DNA of 63,867 bases, filler included, from Bacteroidales bacterium (GTDB lineage Bacteria; Bacteroidota; Bacteroidia; Bacteroidales; CAIWKO01), in assembly GCA_035389045.1 (NCBI GenBank). It is 5 parts of 5 records of this genome, joined end to end, with 100 filler letters (N's around TTAATTAATTAA, not from the genome) between each part and the next. Parts side by side here need not be neighbours in the genome. Positions count along the whole stretch, not along the records: positions 1 to 15,136 come from DAOORA010000086.1; 4 more parts are not named here. One strand, written 5' to 3'. A program made the translations under genes and the position numbers. Positions 1-7,794 of the stretch are shown in pieces (the first letter of the stretch is position 1; every line of letters begins with the position of its first letter). A model generated the notes under the pieces. The model was not told where the DNA came from. It searched no databases and saw only the letters and a list, made by a program, of their open reading frames with translations.

Positions 1-3
1 AGC

Positions 4-159
4 CGACTTAGTAAATGTTCCTGGCAATTTTTAATTGCCGGGATTACATTTACTTAGTCGATTCCGCATTAAAAATCCACATTATAAGTTGTTTAAAAAC
101 AGTTAATAATACTTAATTATTCCTAATGCTACGCATTAGAAAATTCTTGATGCGGAATT
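4..159. repeat. Multi-hairpin palindromic non-coding region
   Basis: Arms 4-29 and 33-60 are near-perfect inverted repeats. ATTCCGCAT (61-69) pairs with ATGCGGAAT (150-158), with an inner CTAATGC-tac-GCATTAG hairpin. Confidence 0.6.
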
Positions 160-292
160 TGGGATAAAACGTTTATCTGTTTTTATGCCCTGACATCGTA
201 CAACATTTTATTATGATTAGGTAATGATTACTCAAACCGCTTTCCTGCTAACACTTATTATGCTGTTTCCCAATAATTGAGACCATAAAAAC

Positions 293-316
293 AAAAAAAC
301 CTGCAAAATGCAGGTT
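293..316 (-). terminator. Intrinsic terminator (repeated in each 508-bp unit)
   Basis: AACCTGCA-aaa-TGCAGGTT stem followed by a U-tract on the minus strand, downstream of the gene. Confidence 0.75.
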
Positions 317-366
317 CTTAATCAGATGAAGGCAGCCAAGGTTGCAAACAACCTCGCTGTTTTATA

Positions 367-720
367 TTAGCCGACCAGCTCAAAATCAAAACGGTAATAA
401 TGCGTTTTCCCGGAATAGGCTCCGGGGTTTTCAATGGTTAGCTCACTCAGTTTCTTTTCTACATACAACTGAAAATAAACAGAATTGGTGTTGAGCTCCT
501 GGATACTTATTTTTCCGTTTTCATCCACAGTGAAAGATAAGACAACAAATCCCGAAAGCTTGTTTTCTTTGGCATATTCAGGATAAGTCACTGATTTACT
601 GATGATGGTTTTCAGATCGCCTGCCGTTTTACGGGGGCCTGCTGCTGCAAAGCTGATGGATACTGCAAAGATCAGGATCACAAACATAGTGGCTGATTTC
701 ATAATTAATTTTGTTTTCAT
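367..720 (-). CDS. Secreted TonB C-terminal-domain-only protein, copy 1
   Basis: Signal peptide (..SISFA). YPEYAKENKLSGFVVLSFTVDENGKI matches the TonB_C motif. Confidence 0.8.
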   Translation of the reverse strand: MKTKLIMKSATMFVILIFAVSISFAAAGPRKTAGDLKTIISKSVTYPEYAKENKLSGFVVLSFTVDENGKISIQELNTNSVYFQLYVEKKLSELTIENPGAYSGKTHYYRFDFELVG

Positions 721-766
721 GACGCTGGGTTTTTTATTGTTTAGGAATTGTTTTGTTTACTTATCT

Positions 767-791
767 GACTCCTCAATAAAAAAAGGTTACA
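767..791 (-). promoter_or_regulatory. Putative ECF-sigma-type promoter TGTAAC-N16-GTC (also in the other units; N17 at 2291-2316)
   Basis: Both boxes are kept in the diverged fourth-unit upstream region while the spacer differs. It resembles the ECF AAC/(C)GTC consensus. Confidence 0.45.
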
Positions 792-874
792 AGATTCATA
801 AAAAAAACCTGCAAAATGCAGGTTCTTAATCAGATGAAGGCAGCCAAAGTTGCTGACAACCTTGCTGTTTTATA

Positions 875-1228
875 TTAATTGACCAGCTCAAAATCAAAAC
901 GGTAATATTGCGTTTTTCCGGCATAGGCTCCGGGGTTTTCTATGGTTAGCTCGCTCAGTTTCTTTTCAACATACAACTGAAAATAAACAGAATTGGTGTT
1001 GAGCTCCTGGATACTTATTTTTCCGTTTTCATCCACAGTGAAAGATAAGACAACAAATCCCGAAAGCTTGTTTTCTTTGGCATATTCAGGATAAGTCACT
1101 GATTTACTGATGATGGTTTTCAGATCGCCTGCCGTTTTACGGGGGCCTGCTGCTGCAAAGCTGATGGATACTGCAAAGATCAGGATCACAAACATAGTGG
1201 CTGATTTCATAATTAATTTTGTTTTCAT
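875..1228 (-). CDS. Secreted TonB C-terminal-domain-only protein, copy 2
   Basis: As copy 1, with C-terminus AGKTQYYRFDFELVN. Confidence 0.8.
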   Translation of the reverse strand: MKTKLIMKSATMFVILIFAVSISFAAAGPRKTAGDLKTIISKSVTYPEYAKENKLSGFVVLSFTVDENGKISIQELNTNSVYFQLYVEKKLSELTIENPGAYAGKTQYYRFDFELVN

Positions 1229-1382
1229 GACGCTGGGTTTTTTATTGTTTAGGAATTGTTTTGTTTACTTATCTGACTCCTCAATAAAAAAAGGTTACAA
1301 GATTCATAAAAAAAACCTGCAAAATGCAGGTTCTTAATCAGATGAAGGCAGCCAAGGTTGCTAACAACCTCGCTGTTTTATA

Positions 1383-1736
1383 TTAACCGACCAGCTCAAA
1401 ATCAAAACGGTAATAATGCGTTTTCCCGGCATAGGCTCCTGGGTTTTCAATGGTTAGCTCACTCAGTTTCTTTTCTACATACAACTGAAAATAAACAGAA
1501 TTGGTGTTGAGCTCCTGGATACTTATTTTTCCGTTTTCATCCACAGTGAAAGATAAGACAACAAATCCCGAAAGCTTGTTTTCTTTGGCATATTCAGGAT
1601 AAGTCACTGATTTACTGATGATGGTTTTCAGATCGCCTGCCGTTTTACGGGGGCCTGCTGCTGCAAAGCTGATGGATACTGCAAAGATCAGGATCACAAA
1701 CATAGTGGCTGATTTCATAATTAATTTTGTTTTCAT
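1383..1736 (-). CDS. Secreted TonB C-terminal-domain-only protein, copy 3
   Basis: As copy 1, with C-terminus AGKTHYYRFDFELVG. Confidence 0.8.
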   Translation of the reverse strand: MKTKLIMKSATMFVILIFAVSISFAAAGPRKTAGDLKTIISKSVTYPEYAKENKLSGFVVLSFTVDENGKISIQELNTNSVYFQLYVEKKLSELTIENPGAYAGKTHYYRFDFELVG

Positions 1737-1890
1737 GACGCTGGGTTTTTTATTGTTTAGGAATTGTTTTGTTTACTTATCTGACTCCTCAATAAAAAAA
1801 GGTTACAAGATTCATAAAAAAAACCTGCAAAATGCAGGTTCTTAATCAGATGAAGGCAGCCAAAGTTGCTGACAACCTTGCTGTTTTATA

Positions 1891-2244
1891 TTAATTGACC
1901 AGCTCAAAATCAAAACGGTAATATTGCGTTTTTCCGGCATAGGCTCCGGGGTTTTCTATGGTTAGCTCGCTCAGTTTCTTTTCAACATACAACTGAAAAT
2001 AAACAGAATTGGTGTTGAGCTCCTGGATACTTATTTTTCCGTTTTCATCCACAGTGAAAGATAAGACAACAAATCCCGAAAGCTTGTTTTCTTTGGCATA
2101 TTCAGGATAAGTCACTGATTTACTGATGATGGTTTTCAGATCGCCTGCCGTTTTACGGGGGCCTGCTGCTGCAAAGCTGATGGATACTGCAAAGATCAGG
2201 ATCACAAACATAGTGGCTGATTTCATAATTAATTTTGTTTTCAT
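1891..2244 (-). CDS. Secreted TonB C-terminal-domain-only protein, copy 4
   Basis: Protein identical to copy 2. Confidence 0.8.
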   Translation of the reverse strand: MKTKLIMKSATMFVILIFAVSISFAAAGPRKTAGDLKTIISKSVTYPEYAKENKLSGFVVLSFTVDENGKISIQELNTNSVYFQLYVEKKLSELTIENPGAYAGKTQYYRFDFELVN

Positions 2245-2554
2245 GACGCTGGTTTTTTTATTGTTTAGGAAATGTTTTGTTTACTTATCTGACTCCCTAA
2301 AAAACAAAAAGTTACAAAAAAAAAGAAAATTTATGGCAAACGCCCGGCAGGCCGGAAACCACCGGATTATACAACATGTTCCATCTGTTAATATAATTTA
2401 AACGAAACTACGCTAAGCGTTTTCTGCCGTTTGTTTAAACCATCAACATACCCGGAATAGAAAATATTGCCTTTTCAGACCATCTGAAATTTCACTTTGG
2501 TATTGCTCCCGGTATTGGGCCAGGGTCAATAATACAAAAATTCCACAGCAGGAA

Positions 2555-3049
2555 TTACTTTTTCTTAAACTCCAATGAAACAGAGTTTACACAATACCTT
2601 TTTCCTGTTGGATGAGGACCGTCATCAAACAAATGGCCAAGATGCCCGCCGCACCGGGCACACACTATTTCGGTGCGGACCATGTGAAAACTGGTATCGG
2701 GCAGTGTTTCTATTTTTCCTTCGTCTATGGCATCATAAAAACTGGGCCATCCGCAACCGGCGTCAAATTTCGTTTCTGACGAAAACAGTTCGTTGCCGCA
2801 ACCTGCACAGCAATAAATGCCTTTTTCATTCAATTGATAATACATGCCGGAAAAAGCTTGCTCCGTAGCCTTAAGCCGTAAAACCCGGTATTGTTCTCCG
2901 GTAAGTTTTTCCATCCATTCTTTTTCGCTCAGGCTGAGCTTCTCCTTTTTTGTCATATTTGCTTGTTTTTTATTTGACGGTGTGGAACATGCCTGAAAAA
3001 TAAATAAAGTACAAAACACTACAAAAATCGATAATAATGAATTTTTCAT
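2555..3049 (-). CDS. msrB: Peptide-methionine (R)-S-oxide reductase, predicted lipoprotein
   Basis: GCGWPSF, CARCGGHLGHLFDDGP and RYCVNS motifs; lipobox-like IFQAC. Confidence 0.95.
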   Translation of the reverse strand: MKNSLLSIFVVFCTLFIFQACSTPSNKKQANMTKKEKLSLSEKEWMEKLTGEQYRVLRLKATEQAFSGMYYQLNEKGIYCCAGCGNELFSSETKFDAGCGWPSFYDAIDEGKIETLPDTSFHMVRTEIVCARCGGHLGHLFDDGPHPTGKRYCVNSVSLEFKKK

Positions 3050-3077
3050 TTTTTAATGAAATGCCTGGCGGTTAAGA

Positions 3078-4370
3078 TTATTCAAAAGGGTGTGCAACAT
3101 GGCTGCCATCACAAAAAGGTTGTTTCCCGGATTTTCCACACCGGCATATCGAAAAATTATTGGATATTTCTGTTTCCCTTCCGTTTTTATCAGTTATAAT
3201 ACTTTTTCCCTTTATGATTGCAGGCCCGTTCCTGATTATTCTTATTTGTGTCCGGGAATCTTCATTCTTTTGATCATTGTCTTGTATCTTATCATTTTGA
3301 CGATTATTATAAAAAAAGGTAAGCGCTTCGGTAGGACACCGTTCCACCTGCCTGATGATTTTTTTGGTTGAGGCGCCATAAGGATTGATCCAGGGTTTAT
3401 CATCAGGGTTAAAAACTTCCGGCAGTTCGGTGAAGCAGTATGCCACATGTGTGCAGAAATGAGGCTTCCAGACAATAGTTATTTCACCGTTGGAATAATA
3501 TTTCGTAATCTCCGGATTGTCTCCCGTTAGGAATCCCGGAAATTCCACTTGATCAAGACTTAATTGCCACAGCTTTTCGGCAGTATCCAAATTTTTTGCA
3601 TTTTCAGAAGGCTCACTGATTTTTTTCTTTCTGAAATACTGTCCCGTTATGCCTTCCACCTCTGGCGAACTCGCCAGAAAGACAGTGGTTTCGGCTCCCT
3701 TTTCCGGTGTGATCATAATAAGTTTAAAAAGAAAAATTGCCAGGGGATTCATCTTGTTAAAAATGTTGGTACTTACAATTCCCGGGTGAAGGCAGTTAAC
3801 ACTAACACCCGTATCTTTGAGCTGATGAGCTAATTGCTTGGTAAACAGAATATTTGCCAGTTTTGACTGATCATAAGCTCTTTTGCCGCTGAAATCTTTG
3901 CTTAGCCCGGAAACCTTCAGATTTATGCGCGCACCCCTGTGAGATTCTGAAGCCACATTGATGATTCTGGCCGGAGCGCTTGCCTTTAAAGTGTCCACTA
4001 AAAGTTTCGTCAGCAGAAAAGGAGCGAGGTGGTTTACTGCCCAGGTTAATTCATAGCCATCCTTACTTTTTTGATAATTTATTTCGTATATCCCCGAATT
4101 ATTTATCAGCACATGAAGTTGATCGTGTTTTTGTTTAAAATCATCAACAAAACTCCTTATAGATTCTAAAGAAGAAAAATCACAAAAAAACAGTTCAATC
4201 TCCCTGCCCGATTTACCAAAAATATACTCCCGAACCGCCATAGCTTTATCATAATTGCGATAGGTAATCATTACACGTGCTCCCGCAACCGACAAGGCCA
4301 AAGCCGTTTCACGCCCGATGCCTGATGTAGCACCGGTAATAAGGCAAAATTTATCTTTTATGCTCCACAT
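3078..4370 (-). CDS. SDR oxidoreductase fused to a divergent 4Fe-4S (YjdI/Fer4_19-like) domain and a CDGSH Fe-S domain
   Basis: TGATSGIG and YDQSK SDR motifs, then CTHVAYC..CPTEAL and CRCGKSGKQPFCDGSH. Confidence 0.85.
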   Translation of the reverse strand: MWSIKDKFCLITGATSGIGRETALALSVAGARVMITYRNYDKAMAVREYIFGKSGREIELFFCDFSSLESIRSFVDDFKQKHDQLHVLINNSGIYEINYQKSKDGYELTWAVNHLAPFLLTKLLVDTLKASAPARIINVASESHRGARINLKVSGLSKDFSGKRAYDQSKLANILFTKQLAHQLKDTGVSVNCLHPGIVSTNIFNKMNPLAIFLFKLIMITPEKGAETTVFLASSPEVEGITGQYFRKKKISEPSENAKNLDTAEKLWQLSLDQVEFPGFLTGDNPEITKYYSNGEITIVWKPHFCTHVAYCFTELPEVFNPDDKPWINPYGASTKKIIRQVERCPTEALTFFYNNRQNDKIQDNDQKNEDSRTQIRIIRNGPAIIKGKSIITDKNGRETEISNNFSICRCGKSGKQPFCDGSHVAHPFE

Positions 4371-4496
4371 ATATAGTCTTGTTTATGTACTTATTCGCTA
4401 AAACGTAACAAAATTAATCATAATTTAGAATTGTTCCAAATTAAATTCCCAATTCACTTTTTGCCCTCTAAAATCATTTATTATCTTTAAATTTAA

Positions 4497-4504
4497 TACT
4501 TTTG
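4497..4504 (+). promoter_or_regulatory. Bacteroidota sigma70 -7 box (TAnnTTTG)
   Basis: TACTTTTG upstream of the 4598 ORF. Confidence 0.5.
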
Positions 4505-4597
4505 CAAGCGATTATTTTAATTTTATACCAAAGCAACCATTTCAAAAATAGTATTGTCATAATTACATTGCTGAAAAATTTAAAAACAAATAATATA

Positions 4598-5047
4598 ATG
4601 AAAAAAATATCAGGCTTTTTATTCGCGTTTTTTATTTTCGGGAACCTGTTCGCCCAGAACATTTATAAAGCGGATGCCCGTCTTGCCGACTGTATGAGTC
4701 AGGAATATATCACACAGCTTGAAAATTCAGGATCAGAACTTATTCCTTACTATAATTTTTATCTTGACCACTCTTATTATGTGGTTGGCCTTAACGCCAC
4801 AGAAAAAGAAATCACCGGGCAGGATATTCATACCGTGACACAACAAACAGACCATGCCGCAATGAACATTTATTTCAAAGAAACAACGTACAGCCAAGAA
4901 AAATTCAACCCTTTGAAATATAATTTCAATCTTTCGGCCAACAGTTTTACAACGTATATATGGAAAGAAGCCGGCATCGCACTTATATTCTATCCGCTCA
5001 GCCACATCTCTGCTGATTTTAAAGAATTTATGAAACAAAATAAATAA
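4598..5047 (+). CDS. Hypothetical secreted protein
   Basis: Start MKKISGFLFAFF.. at 4598 gives a signal peptide. Confidence 0.7.
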   Translation: MKKISGFLFAFFIFGNLFAQNIYKADARLADCMSQEYITQLENSGSELIPYYNFYLDHSYYVVGLNATEKEITGQDIHTVTQQTDHAAMNIYFKETTYSQEKFNPLKYNFNLSANSFTTYIWKEAGIALIFYPLSHISADFKEFMKQNK

Positions 5048-5073
5048 AATATCCACCTGAAAATATTCTTCTC

Positions 5074-7716
5074 ATGAAAAAAATATCTATTCTCGCTGCT
5101 TTACTATTTATTGTTTCTGTTGCACATTCTCAGAATTATCTGATAAGTGCCGGCGGAACCGTGACAGCCTGCTCCGAAAATTTTTATGATAGCGGAAATT
5201 ATGGCGGAAATTACAGCAATAATGAAAATTTTGTCATGACTTTTCATTCCAATAATCCTACCAATACGCACCTGCGCTTCAGTTTCAATGTGTTTGATGT
5301 GGAACCCGGCGACACCCTTATTGTTTATGATGGTTCATCTGTAACAGCCACGGTGTTGGGAAAATACAATAATAATAATTTACCACCGGCTTATGTTTTT
5401 GCAACCATTTACAATTTGACCGGCGACCTGACTTTTCAGTTCAAGTCAAATGCCTCGCTGAACAATGGAGGCTGGTGGGCATCCTTTGTCTGTACCCCTG
5501 CCTGCCAGGAAATCAATGCTATTTATCACCCTGGCCTTACAGTACCCCCTCCCAACGACAGCAACTATATCGATATTTGTGTAGGACAGACCATTACCTT
5601 TGGCGCCAAAGGGAGCGGCGCCGCCTTTCCGCAAAGCGGGATCAATTACACGCAGGACAGCACAAACTGCGTTTACCTTTGGGATTTCGGCGACGGAACC
5701 ACAGCCACAGGGCAGATCGTTACCCATACGTATACCGTGGTAAGAGGATATGATATCGGACTGACCATCACTGATGCCAGGGGTTGTGTCAATTCCAATT
5801 ATCTCGGAGGGAGAGTCCGAATATCCTCAAATCCTATAGCCTCGATTGATATGGGCCTTTTGCCGGACATCTGTTCCAACTCCGACACTACCTATATCAA
5901 CTATGGTTATGGCCCAGGATCGGTAATAACCATCGACCCTACACATTCCGTACAATCGGCCAGTGAGAAATTCGACAGCACCATGTTCATTCCCGATGGG
6001 CCTAATTGTCCTATACAATGTTATAATACTTTTGTTACTTTTATGGCATTCATACCGGGAGCTACCATTACCAGCGCCGCTGATATTTTGTCCATCTGTG
6101 TAAATATGGAACACTCCTACACCGGCGACCTCGGTTTTCGGATTATTTGCCCGAACGGACAATCGGTTCAGCTTGACCCGAACACCCACTCCGGCGGCGC
6201 TTATATGGGAGTACCTGCCGGCGGAGCCAACCACCATTCTTTTGATAGCGGCTGCGACCCGGCCAATAATCTTGCGGGAACCGGATGGACCTATTGCTGG
6301 TCATCTATATATCCCCAGCACGGCACCATGGATGCGCTATCTTCAGCAGGAGTCAGCCCTATTGATTCTACCAATACCATCAACAACACCAATTATATCA
6401 CACCCAGCAGCCCGTTGTCGGGATTGATAGGCTGTCCGCTCAACGGCACCTGGAATATCGAGATATGTGACGACTTTGGTAGTGATAACGGCTATATTTT
6501 CTGGTGGGAACTGAACCTTGACCCATCCCTGTTGCCCGTCGGATGGAGTTACCAGGTTCCTATTGACACCGTGATCTGGACCGGTAACGGAGACCTGGAG
6601 GTGCTGAATGACAGTACCATCATGATTGTTCCCGGCGCCGGGGGGTCTTATCAGTATAATGTGGAAATAATTGATGTATTCGGATGCTCTTATGATACAA
6701 CCCTGACCATAGGTGTTGTCCAGGCGCCCCAGCCCGAACTGGGACCCAGTGATACCCTGTGCGATAACAACCTGAATTTTATCCTCAGCCCGGGTCCTGC
6801 CGATGAATATATCTGGTCAACAGGAAGTACCGACTCCATCCAACCCGTATCATCAACCGGTTATTATTATGTTACCATGACCAACCACAACGCAAATAAT
6901 ACACTTGACTGCATTTCATCAGATTCGGTATTTATCAAAGTGCTTGCCTATCCGACACCAATCGATCTGGGACCCGATACCTGCAGCACCGTTCCGTTCC
7001 CGCTCGATGCGGAACACAGCGGAGGTGTTTTCCAGTACAACTGGTCTACAGGAGCTACCACCCAGACCATCAATGCTGTTTCAAGCGGTACATATTCGGT
7101 AACCGTCGCTGAATTATTCGACCATAACTGCGAATTATCGGATTCCAGAAATGTGACCATCATTCCCGAACCAACCATAGAAATAGGCCCTGATTCCACG
7201 ATCTGCAGCTTTAATTATTTCAGAATGAAAGTTAAAGATGCCAACGGCTTTTTAGATAATAATCCTTACACATACCTCTGGACGACAGACCCTGTTTCTA
7301 ATCTCAACGGACTTACTTCACGCGAAGTTGATTTCGGATGCCTCACTCCCGATGTGGTGTATAACGTTGGAGTGGCTGTTACCGGTTGCACAACGGTAAC
7401 CGACACACGTGTGATTACAGCAAAAAATTGTGAGCTGGAAGTATTCAATATTATTACACCCAATGGCGATACCTATAACGATAAATTTAAAGTTACAGGC
7501 CTTGAGAATTTTGCAGGAAGCAATATGAAAATATATAACCGATGGGGAAAGAAAGTTTATGAATCAGATAATTACGGGATGGATGATAGTGAATTATGGG
7601 ATGGCGGAAAAGATGCCGACGGCGTATATTATTATGTATTAACCGTCAACTACGGTGATTCCCGAGGCTGTGTCGAAGCATTGAATTATCATGGCACCGT
7701 GACCATTATCAGATAA
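5074..7716 (+). CDS. T9SS type B (gliding-motility CTD) protein with CUB, PKD and P-domain-like modules
   Basis: Signal peptide; CUB (FYDSG..NYSNNE..YDG); PKD (WDFGDG); C-terminal NIITPNGD..IYNRWG..GVYYY. Confidence 0.85.
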   Translation: MKKISILAALLFIVSVAHSQNYLISAGGTVTACSENFYDSGNYGGNYSNNENFVMTFHSNNPTNTHLRFSFNVFDVEPGDTLIVYDGSSVTATVLGKYNNNNLPPAYVFATIYNLTGDLTFQFKSNASLNNGGWWASFVCTPACQEINAIYHPGLTVPPPNDSNYIDICVGQTITFGAKGSGAAFPQSGINYTQDSTNCVYLWDFGDGTTATGQIVTHTYTVVRGYDIGLTITDARGCVNSNYLGGRVRISSNPIASIDMGLLPDICSNSDTTYINYGYGPGSVITIDPTHSVQSASEKFDSTMFIPDGPNCPIQCYNTFVTFMAFIPGATITSAADILSICVNMEHSYTGDLGFRIICPNGQSVQLDPNTHSGGAYMGVPAGGANHHSFDSGCDPANNLAGTGWTYCWSSIYPQHGTMDALSSAGVSPIDSTNTINNTNYITPSSPLSGLIGCPLNGTWNIEICDDFGSDNGYIFWWELNLDPSLLPVGWSYQVPIDTVIWTGNGDLEVLNDSTIMIVPGAGGSYQYNVEIIDVFGCSYDTTLTIGVVQAPQPELGPSDTLCDNNLNFILSPGPADEYIWSTGSTDSIQPVSSTGYYYVTMTNHNANNTLDCISSDSVFIKVLAYPTPIDLGPDTCSTVPFPLDAEHSGGVFQYNWSTGATTQTINAVSSGTYSVTVAELFDHNCELSDSRNVTIIPEPTIEIGPDSTICSFNYFRMKVKDANGFLDNNPYTYLWTTDPVSNLNGLTSREVDFGCLTPDVVYNVGVAVTGCTTVTDTRVITAKNCELEVFNIITPNGDTYNDKFKVTGLENFAGSNMKIYNRWGKKVYESDNYGMDDSELWDGGKDADGVYYYVLTVNYGDSRGCVEALNYHGTVTIIR

Positions 7717-7731
7717 TAAAATTTTATCACG

Positions 7732-7768
7732 AAAAAACCATCTCTTTTTTGAGGGATGGTTTTTTTTT
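7732..7768 (+). terminator. Intrinsic terminator
   Basis: AAAAAACCATCTCT / GAGGGATGGTTTTTT stem with a T-run. Confidence 0.8.
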
Positions 7769-7794
7769 ATAATTTAGTCCATATTTTTATTTTT

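Larger units (their letters stand above)
293..2316 (-). repeat. Tandem array of four ~508-bp units (promoter + TonB-CTD gene + hairpins)
   Basis: Near-identical sequence recurs at 508-bp period (CCTGCAAAATGCAGG at 300, 808, 1316, 1824). Units alternate A/B/A'/B. Confidence 0.97.

Noticed and set aside
293..2316. 508-bp array as a CRISPR array or DGR template/variable repeats
   Set aside because: The units are whole genes with no unique spacers. Differences are not adenine-specific and several are synonymous, and no reverse transcriptase or cas gene is present.
602..2401. Four + strand 75-91 aa ORFs in the array
   Set aside because: Antisense shadows of the TonB-CTD genes with no recognisable motif.
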